Part shown: in pieces, positions 1-12,444 of the stretch | How positions within the stretch are numbered: the first letter of the stretch is position 1 | Layout of the letters: every line of letters begins with the position of its first letter | Translations under genes and position numbers: made by a program | Notes under the pieces: model-generated | Seen by the model: the letters and a program-made list of their open reading frames with translations, nothing else | What the model was told of the DNA's origin: nothing | Database searches by the model: none | Origin: an uncultured bacterium | Lineage (GTDB): Bacteria; Chloroflexota; UBA5177; JANWHV01 | Direction: 5' to 3' | Assembly (NCBI GenBank): GCA_963827235.1 | Contig: CAWHAE010000015.1 | Span: 1-64,000, forward strand | DNA length: 64,000 bases

Positions 1-1247
1 ACGATGCCATTCAGTTGGCGATAAAGGGCAACCGCACGCTGAAGGTCGCGGCGTTGGAGGTAGCCAAGAACGAGGAGGAACTCGCCTTCGGCGAGGACCC
101 GTCGCCTGCCGGCCATCAGCACCTCTGCACTCGCATCGCAACTGATGACGCCCATCGACTTCAAGTTCTCGGAGGGCGCGTTCGGCAACTACCCCGGCAT
201 CGGACCGATTCCCGCCCATGACACCGATATTCACACGCCGCTGCGCCCGGTCTTCCATATAGAGGCCGAAGCTCTGCAACCCATCTCGCAGCTCTACAAG
301 ATCAATCTCGGATTGCACTTGCAGGCCGCCACCATTGCCGCAAACCGAGAGCAGTTTCGCGCTCAGCGTCAGGCGCTGGCCGATAGCGTTAAGCAGGCAT
401 ACTACGCGACGCTCCAGACCGAGAGCGCGCTCCAGTCGGCGAACAGTTTGCTGAAGGAATTTCAGGAACTGGACCGCATCGTCTCACAGCGCCTTTCCGA
501 AGAGAGCGCGTTGAAGTCGGACAGCCTTGACGTAAAAGCCAAGCTCGCGAACCAGCGCTATCAGCTTGCACAACTCGATCACCGTCTGAGCTCGCAAAAG
601 GAGTACCTCAACAACTTGCTGGGCCGTGACATCGCGCCGAATTTCAAACCCAGCCCGTTCCGCCGTTCGATCCAATAGAGACCAGCCTGGCGGACGCGCA
701 GCAAACCGCGTTGGCCCATCGGCCGGAGATCAAGGTCGCGGAACTGTCGACCCAGCAGGCGGACTATGCGCGGCGTATCGCCCGGGCCGAATATCTGCCC
801 GACGTGGGGTTTGGCGTCCGATATCTGTCATCGTTCAACGTGAATCTGCTGCCCTCGAACATCGCGATGGCAGGCTTCGAGCTCAAATGGGAGCCGTGGG
901 ACTGGGGCCGGCGCCGCCATGATATCAACGTCAAGAAACTGACTCTGGAACAGAGTCAGCAGCAGTTGCAAGAAACGCAGAACAAGGTGCTGCTGGAAGT
1001 GAACGACAACTTTCGCAAGTTGCAGGAGGACCGGCTGATGCTGGAAGCCTGCGAGATCGCCCGCGAAGCAGCCCATGAAAGACTGCGCGTCGTCACCAAC
1101 CAGTACTCGGAAAATGCAGTGCTCATCAGCGATGTGCTGCAACAGACCGCCAACGTGGCTTCGGCGGAAGACCACTACCAACAGGCCCTGCTGGCCCTCT
1201 GGACAGCCAAGGCAGCCTTCGAGAAATCGCTAGGGGAAGACCAATGA
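1..1247 (+). CDS. TolC-family outer membrane efflux protein (5' partial, frameshifted)
   Basis: Pieces in different frames (DAIQLAIKGNRTLKVAALEV; VKQAYYATLQ...YLNNLLGR; HRPEIKVAEL...YLPDV...WEPWDWGRR...AFEKSLGE) read as one OEP-type protein. The stop overlaps the adaptor start (ATGA at 1244). Confidence 0.8.
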
Positions 1248-2399
1248 CGATACGGCGTTGCCATCTAATGCGTGATTCAGTTCTTGCCGCGCTTCTTCTG
1301 ACCGGGCTCGTGATGGGGCTGGGATCATTGACCGGCTGTGGCCAGTCCAGTTCGACTCTGCCTCCGGCGACTCCGGTGCGAGCGGTGGAGGCGGTGGTGA
1401 TTCAAACCGCCAGTCCTCTGAAGTACTCCGCCGACATCGTACCGGTCGCGCAGGTCGATCTTGCTTTTCAGTCTGGCGGCTACATTGAAAAGCTGTACCA
1501 GGTGAAAGGCGCCGATGGCCGTTTACGCCCGGTCCAGGAAGGCGACTGGGTCGCGCGCGGCACGGTGCTGGCGGTTGTTACTGAAGGGCCTTACAAAGAC
1601 AAACTGGCTCAGGCGAAGTCGCAACTCGCCAGCGCGGAGTCCGCGCATAATCTGGCAAGCTTGAACTTCGACCGTGCGCGGCACCTCTACGACAGCCAGA
1701 GCTTGACCAAGCCGGAATACGATGCCGCCAAGAACCAGTACGACAGTTCGGCGGCAGCCGTGAAAGAGGCGAAGGCGGCCGTGTCGCAAGCGCAGACGAT
1801 GCTTGACTATTGCTCGCTCACGGCGCCATTCGATGCCTGGGTGCTCAAGCGCAATATCGAATTGGGCACGCTGGCCGGCCCGTCGACCCTGGGTTTCACG
1901 CTAGCTGATACGCGCATGGTCAAAGCGATTTTTGGCGTGCCCGACACCGCCATACAACATGTCAAACTGGGAAGCTCAAAGGCCGTGAACACCGATGCGC
2001 TCGCGGGTGAGTTCACCGGACGGATCACCGCTATCTCGCCGGCCGCGGATCCCAAGAGCCGTGTGTTCTCGGTCGAGGTGACGCTTCCCAATCCGCGCAA
2101 CCGGCTCAAGGCCGGCATGATTGCCTCCCTCGCTTTGGATCAGGGTAAGCCTCCGGAAAATCTGACGGCCGTGCCTCTGTCTGCGGTCATTCGCGTACCT
2201 GAACGCCGGGAAGGGTTTGCCGTGATGATTGCCGATGGGCGCGACGAACTGACCACCGCAAGCGTCCGGCCCGTCGAGGTCGGCGAGGCCAACGGCAATC
2301 TTATTTCCGTGCTGAAGGGATTCGAATCCGGGCGAGCGCGTAGTCACCAGCGGCGCAACCCTCATCAAGAGCGGCGACCGCATTGACGTGATCCCGTAG
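1244..2399 (+). CDS. RND efflux periplasmic adaptor (membrane fusion protein), lipoprotein; frameshift near the 3' end
   Basis: Lipobox LTGC, lipoyl/hairpin pattern (VQEGDWVARGTVLA; LTAPFDAWV), GRITAISPAADPKSRVFSVEV, LKAGM. The natural C-terminus (GERVVTSGATLIKSGDRIDVIP*) lies in another frame and ends at 2399. Confidence 0.88.
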
Positions 2400-2437
2400 A
2401 TAGACTGACGCGACTCCCAAGAACAGGACAGCTTCGC

Positions 2438-5400
2438 ATGGCGCATAAATCGGATCAGGACATCATTCAGCACACGCATAATACGGCCCGGTGGTTCACC
2501 GAACACCAGCAGGTCGCGCTAGTGCTGTTGCTGGGCACTTTTCTCTGGGGCTGGTTCGGCTACCAGAAGATGCCGAAGCGCAAAGACCCGGTGATCCCGG
2601 TCCGGGTCGCCGTCGCCGGCACGCCGTGGCCGGGCGCCAGCGCCGAGCAGGTCGAGCAGCTTGTCAGTCGCCCGATCGAACAGACGATGGCGCAGAACGC
2701 CTATCTCCAGTCGCCCAGCGCCTCCGACTATGCCATTCGCTCTATCAGCTTTCCGGGACTGTCGCTGGTTTATGTCCAGCTCGGCGACACAGTCTCGGAC
2801 ACGCGCAAGCAGTTCAGCGACATCAACCTGAAACTGAATGCGATGAACCAAAACCTGCCGCAGGGCGCCGGCCCTATTCAGTTCAATGGGGACTTCGGCG
2901 ACACGGCGGCGCTGATGCTGACGGTTGCCAGCCCGCCGGCGGACGATGTCGCGATCGCGTTGCGCGCCCGGTCGGTGCGGCAGACGATCCGCGAGGTGCG
3001 CGCGGCGCTGCCTGCGAGATCGCCACAGCCGCGGGTCAGCGTTGTTTATTGCTTTCCTCTTGACGTGTCCGCTGATTTCGTCCGCGAAAACTTCTCCGCC
3101 ATGGCGGAGATCGCAACTCGCGAAGGTGTAATCAGCGATAGCCATCCGTTTCAGGGAGCCGGATACATCGGGCTCGACGCCACTTCCACGATGGACGACG
3201 CGGCCTTGCTCCAATGGGGACAACGCTTTCTTTCCGACCGCCAGCATGCCTCTGAAATCCATCCCGATGCCTGGGGACCCGCGCTGATTCGCGATCCCAA
3301 AAAAACCGCAAAACCAATTGGCGGCGGTGGCGGGCGACAAATATTCGTATCGCCAGTTGGACGATTACACCGATTTGATCGCGCGCTCATTGCAAGGCGT
3401 TTCCGAAGTGGCCAAGGTCACTCGATCCGGCGTGTTGCCGGAGCAGATCTACTGGAGTATTCCCAGGAGCGGCTGGCGCAGTATGGAGCAGCCCTCGGGG
3501 CCTGAAGAACCTTCTCGCGGCGCGCGCAACATCGCGCTTCCCGGCGGAAACCTGGAAGTGGGCTCGAAGAACATCGCCAATCGATCCTTCCGGCCAGTTC
3601 ACCAGCCCAAAAGCGATCGGCGATGTGATCGTCGGGCATTCCGCCCCCTTCGCCCTGCGCGGGCACCCCCAGTCCCGTGTATTTGCGCGATCTCGTCCAG
3701 ATCAGCCGAGGCTATCAGAGTCCCCCGCGCTTTCTGAATTTCCTGACTGGCGCGACGCATAACGGCCATATCCGTCGCAGCCGCGCCGTGACGGTGGCCG
3801 TACAGATGAAGGAAGGCCGGCAGATCGCGAATTCGGAAAGGAGTGGATGAAAAGTTCGCCGAGGTCAAACGGTATCTGCCCGACGATCTGGTGATCGTGC
3901 GCACCTCCGACCAACCCCTGCAGGTGAAAGAAAACATCGACCTGTTCATGGATGCGCTCTACGAGGCCATCGGGCTGGTCGTGCTGGTGTCGTTGATCGG
4001 GTTCTGGGAGTGGCGCTCCGCGCTGCTGATGGCGCTTTCCATCCCGATCACGCTGGCGATGACGTTCGGCATGCTATACGTACTGGGAATCGATATCCAG
4101 CAGGTCTCGGTCGGCGACGCTGATCATCGCCCTGGGCCTGCTGGTGGACGATCCTGTGGTGGCAGGCGACGCCATCAAACGCAGCCTGGCCGAGGGCCAA
4201 CCGAACAGCGCCGCGGCCTGGCTCGGGCCCACCAACTGGCCACCGCGATTCTGTACGCGACGATCACCAACATCGTGGCGTACTTGCCGTTCCTGATGCT
4301 CCGGGCACCACGGGAGAGTTTCTTCTGCGTCTGCCCGTGGTCATGACCTGCGCTCTGGTGGCCTCCCGCGTCGTCTCGATGACTTTCATACCGCTTCTGG
4401 GCTATTCCTCTTGCGCGCACCTAGCAAGCCGAACCAGCCGATCGCCGAGCGCCGCACCACAGCGGCTTCACCGGGCACTATGCGCGGGTGGCAAAGTTGG
4501 CCATCGACCACCGCTGGAAGGTGCTGGCCGGATCGTTGTCTTTCTGCTCTTCGGAGCGGTTCTTTTCTCGCAGCTAAAGACCTCATTCTTCCCGGAAGAC
4601 GTGCAGTACTGGTCCACGTGGACGTCTGGCTGCCCAACGACGCCACGCTGACCGCGACGAATCAGACCGCCGCAACAAGCGGAGCGCATCATCCGCGAGC
4701 AGGCGAAGAAGTTCGGACACGACCATCCCGGGCAAGGAGGGCAAGCCGCGCCCTCCTCAAATACGTAACCACGTTCGTCGGCGGCGGCGGTCCGCGTTTC
4801 TGGTTCTCGGTCTCTCCAGAAACTGCAGCAACTCAATTACGCCCAGGTCCTGATCGAGGTGACTGACAAGGAAATCACGCCCAGCTTGGTCCGCCAGCTT
4901 CAGCCCGTACTCTCAGCGTCGATTCCCGGGGCCCGAGTCGACGTTCGCCAACTGCAGACTAATCCGATCAATTACCCGGTGGAGATTCGCATTTCCAGCG
5001 AGGCAGATCTGGCTTCTCCTCGCTCAGCGGAAGATTTGCAAACGCTGCGCCGGCTTGCCGGCCAAGTTGAAGACATTTTCCGCTCCGTTCCCCTGGCCAC
5101 GCGCGTGAGCGATGACTGGGATGCCGAGAGTTCGCGGGTCGCGTTGAAGATTGACCCCGATCGCGCCAACCTCGCCGGCGTAACCAATCTCGACGTGGCG
5201 CATTCTTCCACCGCCGCCATGAGCGGAACCCCAGTCACGGTGCTGCGTGAAGGCGACCGTCAGATTCCGGTTGTGGCCCGCTTGCGCATGACCGAACGCG
5301 CACAGCTCTCGGATATTCAGAACCTCTACGTCTACTCGTCTCAGGGCGCACAAAAAATTCCCCTCATCCAGATTTCTGAGCCGGTCACGACGCTGGAGAC

Positions 5401-6112
5401 GCAGCGGATCGTGCGGCTCGAGCACTTCCGCACCATCTCGGTGAGATGCTTCCCGATTGGAGGACGCCTGGCTTCCGAAGTTCTGGCGGCGGCCAGACCC
5501 AGGTTGAAGGACTTCCAAAAAACTCTTCCACCCGGCTACCGCATGCAGATTGGCGGCGAGTATGACAAGCAGACCACCGGATTTTCCAATCTCGCTCTCG
5601 TCATGGCCATCTCAATTGCGCTGATCTTTTTGGCACTGCTGATCCAATTCAATAACGCCTTGAAACCGTTACTGGTTTTCGCGGCCGCTCCCTACGGCGT
5701 CGTCGGGGCAGTGGCGGCGTTATGGATTATGGGCACTCCATTCGGGTTCATGGCTTTTCTGGGCATTGCCAGCCTGGTGGGTGTGATTGTCAGCCACGTC
5801 ATTGTCTTGTTTGACTTCATCGAGGAGAAACACGAAGAGGGCGAGCCGTTCGAGGAAGCGATCATTGATGCTGGAATCATTCGCCTGAGGCCGGTGCTGA
5901 TCACGGTTGGGGCCACGGTGTTGGCGTTGTTCCCGCTTGCAGTGCACGGCGGTCCGCTGTGGCAGCCGCTGTGTTATGCCCAAATCGGAGGCCTGACCGT
6001 CGCCACCGCCATCACTCTGCTGCTGGTGCCGGTGTTGTACTCCATTTTCGTTCTCGATCTGAAGCTGCTGCGCTGGGAGACGAAAGAGAGTCCGGGCTCC
6101 CGCGAGGAGTGA
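2438..6112 (+). CDS. RND efflux permease (AcrB/AcrD/AcrF family), broken by many frameshifts
   Basis: N-terminal TM plus PGASAEQVEQLVSRPIE; DALYEAIGLVVLV...SIPITLAMTFG; C-terminal half with LVGVIVSHVIVLFDFIE, RLRPVLIT, PLWQPLCYAQIGGL...LLLVPVLY. Spread over at least six ORF pieces. Confidence 0.88.
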
Positions 6113-6151
6113 GCCGGTTGCTGACTACATTCCTGAGTCAGGAGAAAAATC

Positions 6152-7655
6152 ATGCCCAATATCGCAGAAGTGAAACGGTCACCTAAGTTAGGAATGCGGG
6201 GGGGAGTCCCGCTGTTCTTGCTTCTGGTTTTGACTTTCTCGGGAGCGGCACAAACCAAGCCGGTCTCCGCTCATGGACCGGGTGTGACAACGGGCGCAAC
6301 TCTGCCTGCGGCAAGCGCTCAGGTCCTGCGCCAATACGACGATGCCATCGAAGCCACTGCGGAGCGCGTTCTGCCGGCTGTTGTACAGATCGAGGTCAGC
6401 GGATTCGGGCCTCGCGAGAAACCCAACGGCCAAAAAGAAGCCGCCGTCATGGAGCGGCAGCACGCGCTTGGCTCGGGCGTCATCGTGGATCCCGATGGCT
6501 ACATCATGACCAACGCCCACGTGGTTGCCGGAGCGCAACGGATTCGGGTGATCGTCGCTCCCACGCTCTCCGAACTTGTCCTCGGCAAAACCAAGGTGCT
6601 GCACCAGCGCCGCGAATTCGATGCCCAGGTCTTGGGGTCGAGTCAGATGGTTGATTTGGCTTTGCTCAAAATTGAAGAGACCGGTTTGCCCTATGTGCCC
6701 CTCCCGGAAGAATATCGGGTGCGGCTGGGACAGGCGGTGCTCGCAATGGGTTCGCCGGAAGGCTTGGAACATACGGTCACGCGCGGCATCGTGAGCGCGG
6801 TGGGGCGACAGATCGATATCGATCACCCGCTGCTCTATATCCAGACGGACGCTCCTATCAACCCGGGCAACAGCGGCGGCGCCTTGGTTGATCGGGACGG
6901 AAATTTGATCGGCATCAACACCTTTATTTTTTCCGAAACCGGGAGCAGTGAAGGCCTCGGCTTCGCCATCCCCGAGCCCGCGGTGAGGTTCGCCTACCAG
7001 GAATTCAAAAAGTATGGCCACATCCGCCAGATCTCCATCGGGGCGAACCCTCAGACGATTACGCCGAATCTGGCCGCCGGTCTCAAACTCCAACAGGATT
7101 GGGGAGTCATACTATCCGATGTGGTTCCCGGTGGATTTGCCGCTACCGCCGGATTGAAGCCAGGGGACATCGTGCTGTCCATTGACGATCATGTTATCGA
7201 CTCCCTGCCCAAGTACGTCGCCTGGCTCTACATGCATGACCGCAACCAGCCCCTACGAATGAGCGTCCTGCGGGAGGCGGAAACCCTCAATGTGACGATT
7301 GCGGTGGTAGAGGTTCCGAAGGGAGTGGAGGGACTTGCGGACCTGATCGATCCCCAGAACAGCCTGCTTGTCCCGCTGGGCGTGTTCCTGCTCGACCTGA
7401 ACCAGAAGAACGCCGGATACCTGCCCGACCTGCGCTCCTCTACAGGGACCATTGTCGTTGCCCGGGCAGGTTATGCGCCGCGCATCGACGCCGACCTGAA
7501 AATCGGAGACGTGATTCGTTCGGTGAACGGAACCAGGGTGAGCGGAGCGGACAGTCTGCGCGTCGAACTGGATAAGTTCAACAAAGGGCGCCCCCGTCGT
7601 GCTCGAAGTCGAACGTGAAGGTGTTTACCGGTACGTCGCCTTCGAAATGGAGTGA
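6152..7655 (+). CDS. HtrA/DegP-like (S1C) serine protease with two PDZ domains; frameshift near 7585
   Basis: Signal peptide; catalytic motifs MTNAHVV, DLALLKI, TDAPINPGNSGG; PDZ-like GLKPGDIVLSID and LKIGDVIRSVNG. The true C-terminus (VVLEVEREGVYRYVAFEME*) is in a shifted frame ending at 7655. Confidence 0.9.
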
Positions 7656-7753
7656 CCGTGTCATCTGGCAGGCGGCGCTTGATATCGGGGTAAACTGTCC
7701 AATATCATTGCCTAGCTCACGACTTCTTCTGACGACTCCGGTCCGAGGTGAAT

Positions 7754-8280
7754 ATGCGCAAACCCGCGGCGTTCCTATTATTGCTTTTGGTTGCAGCCCT
7801 ATCGCCGGCAAATGCTCAAACGCAATCCACGCAGCCGTCTTCCGGGCCGGCATTGCCCTACAGCCCGAGTCTCGACGTCTCGTCGATGGATCAATCTGTC
7901 GATCCTTGCGTGGATCTCTACCGATATTCCTGCGGCGGCTGGCAGAAGAAAAACCCGACGCCTCCCGATCAGACTTCATGGTCGGTCTACGGCAAGCTCT
8001 ATCAGGACAACTTGACCTTCCTGCGCGTCATGCTGAACAGGCGGCGCAGCGGGATGAGCAACACAATGCGGTGACCCAGCAGATCGGAGACTTCTACTCC
8101 GCGTGTATGGACGAAGGCGCAGTGGAGAGCCGTGGAGTGGCGGCGATCCAGCCGGAACTCGACGCGATTGCGCAGATTAAGTCGGCGAAAGAACTGACTC
8201 CGCTGGTGGCGCGGCTGCAGCTGATCTACTTCCGCTATTCCTACAACAGTTCTTTGCTTTTTTTTGCTCGGCGCGACCCA
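7754..8280 (+). pseudogene. M13-family (neprilysin/PepO) metallopeptidase, N-terminal fragment only
   Basis: Signal peptide, then MDQSVDPCVDLYRYSCGGW...SWSVY; after a frameshift, QQIGDFYSACMDE...IQPELDAIAQI. No HExxH domain follows; the sequence switches to TPR repeats. Confidence 0.8.
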
Positions 8281-9048
8281 TCTGTGCTGAATAATCTTGG
8301 CCTCGTACTGCGACTGCTCGGCAATATCGACGAAGCGTTGGCGTTGTTCGATGAAGCACTCGGATTGTTTCGCGAACGGGGCGATAAGCAGCGCACGGCC
8401 AGAGCACTGGTCAATCTTGGTGTCACGCACCTAGACCAGGACCATGATGAGCAGGGCTTGCGGTGCCTTGGGGAGGCGCTGGCTCTTCAGCGTGAGGTGG
8501 GGGACAAGCGCGGCATTGCGAACTCGCTCTACAATCTGGGCTGCCATCACAAGGAGCGCGGCAATCTCAGCGAAGCGCTTTCGCTTTTAGAGGAGAGCCA
8601 GGCATTGTACTGTGAGCAAGGCGATAAGCGAGGTATCGCAAGCGTGCTCTTTAGCCGCGGTACCGTGGCCCTTGAGCAGGGCGACAATCAGGAGGCCCGG
8701 AGGCTGCTTGTCGAGGGCCTGGAGCGCTACCGGGAAATCGGCGCGCAAAACGAAGTCGCGCACTCGCTGCAAGCGCTGGGCGAGACCGCAGCAGCACTCG
8801 GGCATCTTCGCGTCGGTGTGATCCTGTCCGCAGCCGCCCACGCGCTCTTTGCAGCTCTATCCGCCGCGATCCCCGAGACGCTTCGACCTCACTTTGAGCG
8901 CGCACGGCAGCACATGCGTGAAGCACTGGGGGACGAGATGTTCGCCGCCGCCTGGGCCGAGGGGGAGCAGATGGCCACCGAGCAGGTGCTCTCCCTGGTG
9001 CGCTCCTTGGATGCATACGGAGAGCCGGCGACGCAAGCAGTCCACTAG
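8281..9048 (+). pseudogene. C-terminal TPR region of an ATPase/TPR regulator-type protein (N-terminus absent)
   Basis: Repeats VLNNLG...EALALFDEALGLFRERGDK, ALVNLG, SLYNLG, and terminal helix ALGDEMFAAAWAEGEQM, typical of these regulators. No start codon or RBS of its own. Confidence 0.75.
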
Positions 9049-9331
9049 AGCCGCCCCTTGTGCACGACGATGCGCGCCGCCGCCGGCAGGCTGCGGTATC
9101 GGCGCTACGCATGGGTGATAGGTGCCGACGCAGCCCCAGTCGTGTAAGCTACGCGGCCATGTTTCTCTGGAGTGCAGCCGTGGACGATACCCTTCCCGAC
9201 AACCACGTGGTAGGGAATACTCAGGTACGAACGAGTGATCGCCGGACGGCGACCGCGCGTGCGCACATGTACCGGGTCGATGAAGCCATGCTCGCCGCGC
9301 CTACTTGCCCGGCGAGAAGGAGGAGCAAGCG

Positions 9332-11332
9332 ATGACCACGCCGATAACGCTGGAGAGCGTGCTGGACGCGGGGGACACCACTCTCTACGAGGTAGCCACG
9401 CGGGCGCCGGGGCCGTCCGGCAGCCTGCCGCTGACGGAGAAGCTGTTGCTGGAACGGCCAAGCGGCGATATCTTCGGCCTCACACAGGATGCCGGCATGG
9501 GCTGGACGCCGAGCCTGCTCGACCGCGACGAGTTCCTGATCCTGAGCACGCAGGGCGGCATACGCGCGGCCGACGGCTCTCCCATTGCCCTCGGCTACCA
9601 CACCGGGCACTGGGAGGTGGGGCTGCTGATGGCTGCCGCCGCCGAGGAACTGCGCGCTCTTGGTGCCACGCCCTTTGCCGGGTTCTGCAGCGATCCCTGC
9701 GATGGCCGCAGCCAGGGTACCGTGGCCATGATGGATTCACTTCCCTATCGCAACGACGCGGCGCAAGTGTTCCGGCGGCTCATCCGATCGCTGCCCACCA
9801 GAAAGGGCGTGATCGGCGTGGCGACCTGCGACAAAGGCTTGCCGGCCATGATGATGGCCCTGGCCGCCATGCACGATCTGCCCTGCGTGCTGATACCCGG
9901 GGGCGTGACCCTGCCGGCGGAGGAGGGCGAGGACGCAGGCACCGTGCAGACCCTCAACGTCCGCTTCGCCAACAATCTGATCTCCCTGCAGGATGCCGCT
10001 GCGACCGGTTGCCGGGCCTGCGCCACGCCCGGCGGCGGCTGCCAGTTTCTCGGCACCGCCGCGACGTCCCAGGTGGTCGCCGAGGCACTGGGCATGGCCC
10101 TGCCCCACTCGGCACTGGCACCGTCGGGCCAGCCGATCTGGCTGGACATGGCACGCCGCTCGGCACGCGCCGTGGCGGCCCTGCAGGCCCAGGGCATCAC
10201 CATGTCCCGCATCCTCACGTCCGAGGCCCTGCACAACGCCATGGTCGTGCACGCGGCCTTCGGCGGCTCTACCAATCTGCTGCTGCACATCCCGGCCATC
10301 GCCTATCACGCCGGTCTGCGCCGTCCGGACGTCGAGGACTGGCATCGCGTCAACCTCCAAGTGCCGCGCCTGGTCGATGCGCTGCCGAACGGGCCGCTCA
10401 ACCACCCCACCATCAGAGTCTTCCTGGCGGGCGGCGTGCCTGAGGTGATGCTGCATCTGCGCCGCTTGAATCTGCTGCACGAGGAGGCGCTGACGGTGAC
10501 CGGGCTGCCGCTCGGCGCCACGCTCGACTGGTGGGAGCGATCGGAGCGCCGCGCGCGACTGCGGGAGCGATTGGCAGCCGAAGACGGCGTCGACCCCGAT
10601 TCAGTGATCATGAGTCCCGATCAGGCCCGGGCCCGGGGTCTGACCAGCACGGCTACTTTCCCCCGGGGCAACCTGGCGCCGCAGGGCAGCGTGATCAAGA
10701 GCACGGCAATCGACCCATCGGTGGTCGACGCGGACGGCGTGTATAGAAAGGTGGGGCCAGCCAGGGTATTCACCAGCGAGCGCGCGGTGATGGCCGCCCT
10801 GAAGAGCCTCGGATCCGATCGCATTCGTCCCGGCGACGTGATCGTGCTCTGCTGCCGGGGACCGCTCGGTGCCGGCATGGAAGAGATCGCGCAGATTACC
10901 ATAGCCCTGAAGAACCTGCCGTTCGGCAAGCACGTGGCCGTACTCACCGATGCCCGCTTCTCCGGCGTGTCCACCGGTGCCTGCATCGGCCACATCGGGC
11001 CGGAGGCGCTTGCCGGGGGGCCCATCGGGAAGCTGCAGGACGGCGACCTGATCGAGATCCTGATCGACCGAGGCCGCCTGGAAGGCAGCATCAACCTGGT
11101 GGGCCATGGCACGACCAGAATTGGGGCCGAGGCCGGCTCCCGACTCCTGGCCGAGCGACCGAGCCGGCCGGATCTCGCGCCTGACCCGGCCCTGCCGGAC
11201 GACACGCGGCTATGGGCGTTGCTGCAGGCGGTCGGCGGCGGCACCTGGGGCGGCTGCGTGGCCGACGTGGAGGCGATTGCCGCCGCGCTGCACTCGGCGT
11301 CTGACAACCGCTCTGACGGGTCGCGGGCGTGA
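9332..11332 (+). CDS. yagF: D-xylonate dehydratase, YjhG/YagF family (IlvD/Edd superfamily)
   Basis: SD AAGGAGGAG; [66 protein letters not shown]-terminal GGTWGGC. Confidence 0.9.
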   Translation: MTTPITLESVLDAGDTTLYEVATRAPGPSGSLPLTEKLLLERPSGDIFGLTQDAGMGWTPSLLDRDEFLILSTQGGIRAADGSPIALGYHTGHWEVGLLMAAAAEELRALGATPFAGFCSDPCDGRSQGTVAMMDSLPYRNDAAQVFRRLIRSLPTRKGVIGVATCDKGLPAMMMALAAMHDLPCVLIPGGVTLPAEEGEDAGTVQTLNVRFANNLISLQDAAATGCRACATPGGGCQFLGTAATSQVVAEALGMALPHSALAPSGQPIWLDMARRSARAVAALQAQGITMSRILTSEALHNAMVVHAAFGGSTNLLLHIPAIAYHAGLRRPDVEDWHRVNLQVPRLVDALPNGPLNHPTIRVFLAGGVPEVMLHLRRLNLLHEEALTVTGLPLGATLDWWERSERRARLRERLAAEDGVDPDSVIMSPDQARARGLTSTATFPRGNLAPQGSVIKSTAIDPSVVDADGVYRKVGPARVFTSERAVMAALKSLGSDRIRPGDVIVLCCRGPLGAGMEEIAQITIALKNLPFGKHVAVLTDARFSGVSTGACIGHIGPEALAGGPIGKLQDGDLIEILIDRGRLEGSINLVGHGTTRIGAEAGSRLLAERPSRPDLAPDPALPDDTRLWALLQAVGGGTWGGCVADVEAIAAALHSASDNRSDGSRA

Positions 11333-11475
11333 TGTGAATATGAACCCTCAAGGTGCGCCGCACCGTTCCTGAGGCTTTCGCGTCAGGCTGCACAATGTCT
11401 GTCGGGCCGGGCGCCCCTGATCGGTGGAACGTGATACGGTGACCATAGTATGGGACCTCGTGAGGAGGGTGGATC

Positions 11476-12384
11476 ATGTACAGCGGCGTGTTCCCGGTTC
11501 TGCCGACCACGTTCGACGAACATGGCGGGCTGGATCTCGAGAGCCAGAAACGCAGCGCCGATTTCTTGATCGCCGCGGGCGTGGATGGCATCTGCATTCT
11601 GGCCAACTACTCGGAGCAGTTCTCGTTGCTGGACGCCGAACGGCAAGAGCTGACAGAGCTGCTGCTCGCGCACGTGGCCGGTCGCGTGCCGGTAATCGTC
11701 ACCACCAGCCACTTCAGCTCGGCGGTGGCTGCCGCGCGCAGCCGGCAGGCGCAGGATCTGGGCGCGGCGATGGTGATGCTCATGCCGCCGTATCACGGAG
11801 CGACCATCCGCGCGACGGAAGATGGCATCGTGCAGTTCTTCCGCGCCGTCTCGGATGCGATTGACATCCCGATCATGCTCCAGGACGCTCCGGTGAGTGG
11901 CGTGCCGCTCTCCGCCGCTCTGCTGCACCGGCTGGCGCAGGAGGCCGGCTGCCTCAAATACTTCAAGATCGAGGGCCCGGGTGCGACCGCCAAGCTGCGG
12001 GACGTGGTTCAGCGGTGCGGGCAGGGCATCGACGGCCCGTTCGACGGCGAGGAGGCGGTCACCCTGTTGCCCGACCTCGACGCCGGTGCCACCGGCACCA
12101 TGCCCAGCAGCATGCTTCCCGAGATCCTGGCCCGAGTGGTATCCCTGTATCGAAGCGGCAATCGCGGCGAGGCGGTCGCTCTCTACGAGCGCTGGCTCCC
12201 GCTCCTTCACTATGAGAACCGGCAGTGCGGGCTGCAGGCGACAAAGGTGCTGATGAAGGAGGGAGGGATCATCGCGTGCGACACCACGCGCCATCCACTC
12301 GCTCCGCTGCACCAGGCCACGCGCGCCGGATTGCTCGACATTGCACGGCGGCTGGATCCGCTCATTTTGCGCTGGGCACGGTAG
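11476..12384 (+). CDS. araD: L-2-keto-3-deoxyarabonate dehydratase (DHDPS/NAL family, Azospirillum-type AraD; not the E. coli epimerase)
   Basis: GVFPVLPTTF, ILANYSEQF, PPYHGAT, IMLQDAP, Schiff-base YFKIE, DGEEAVTLL, ENRQCG, and C-terminus RRLDPLILRWA closely follow the L-KDA dehydratase subfamily. Confidence 0.82.
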   Translation: MYSGVFPVLPTTFDEHGGLDLESQKRSADFLIAAGVDGICILANYSEQFSLLDAERQELTELLLAHVAGRVPVIVTTSHFSSAVAAARSRQAQDLGAAMVMLMPPYHGATIRATEDGIVQFFRAVSDAIDIPIMLQDAPVSGVPLSAALLHRLAQEAGCLKYFKIEGPGATAKLRDVVQRCGQGIDGPFDGEEAVTLLPDLDAGATGTMPSSMLPEILARVVSLYRSGNRGEAVALYERWLPLLHYENRQCGLQATKVLMKEGGIIACDTTRHPLAPLHQATRAGLLDIARRLDPLILRWAR

Positions 12385-12444
12385 CACTGCCGGGCGGGGC
12401 AACGTGCTCCTGCACGATCGACGCGATCGAAAGGATAGGCTCTG

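Noticed and set aside
7615-9048. 477-aa ORF as a novel M13-TPR fusion protein
   Set aside because: The N-terminal part is off-frame sequence, the middle is M13 and the end is TPR. It is best explained by a frameshift plus a chimeric junction.
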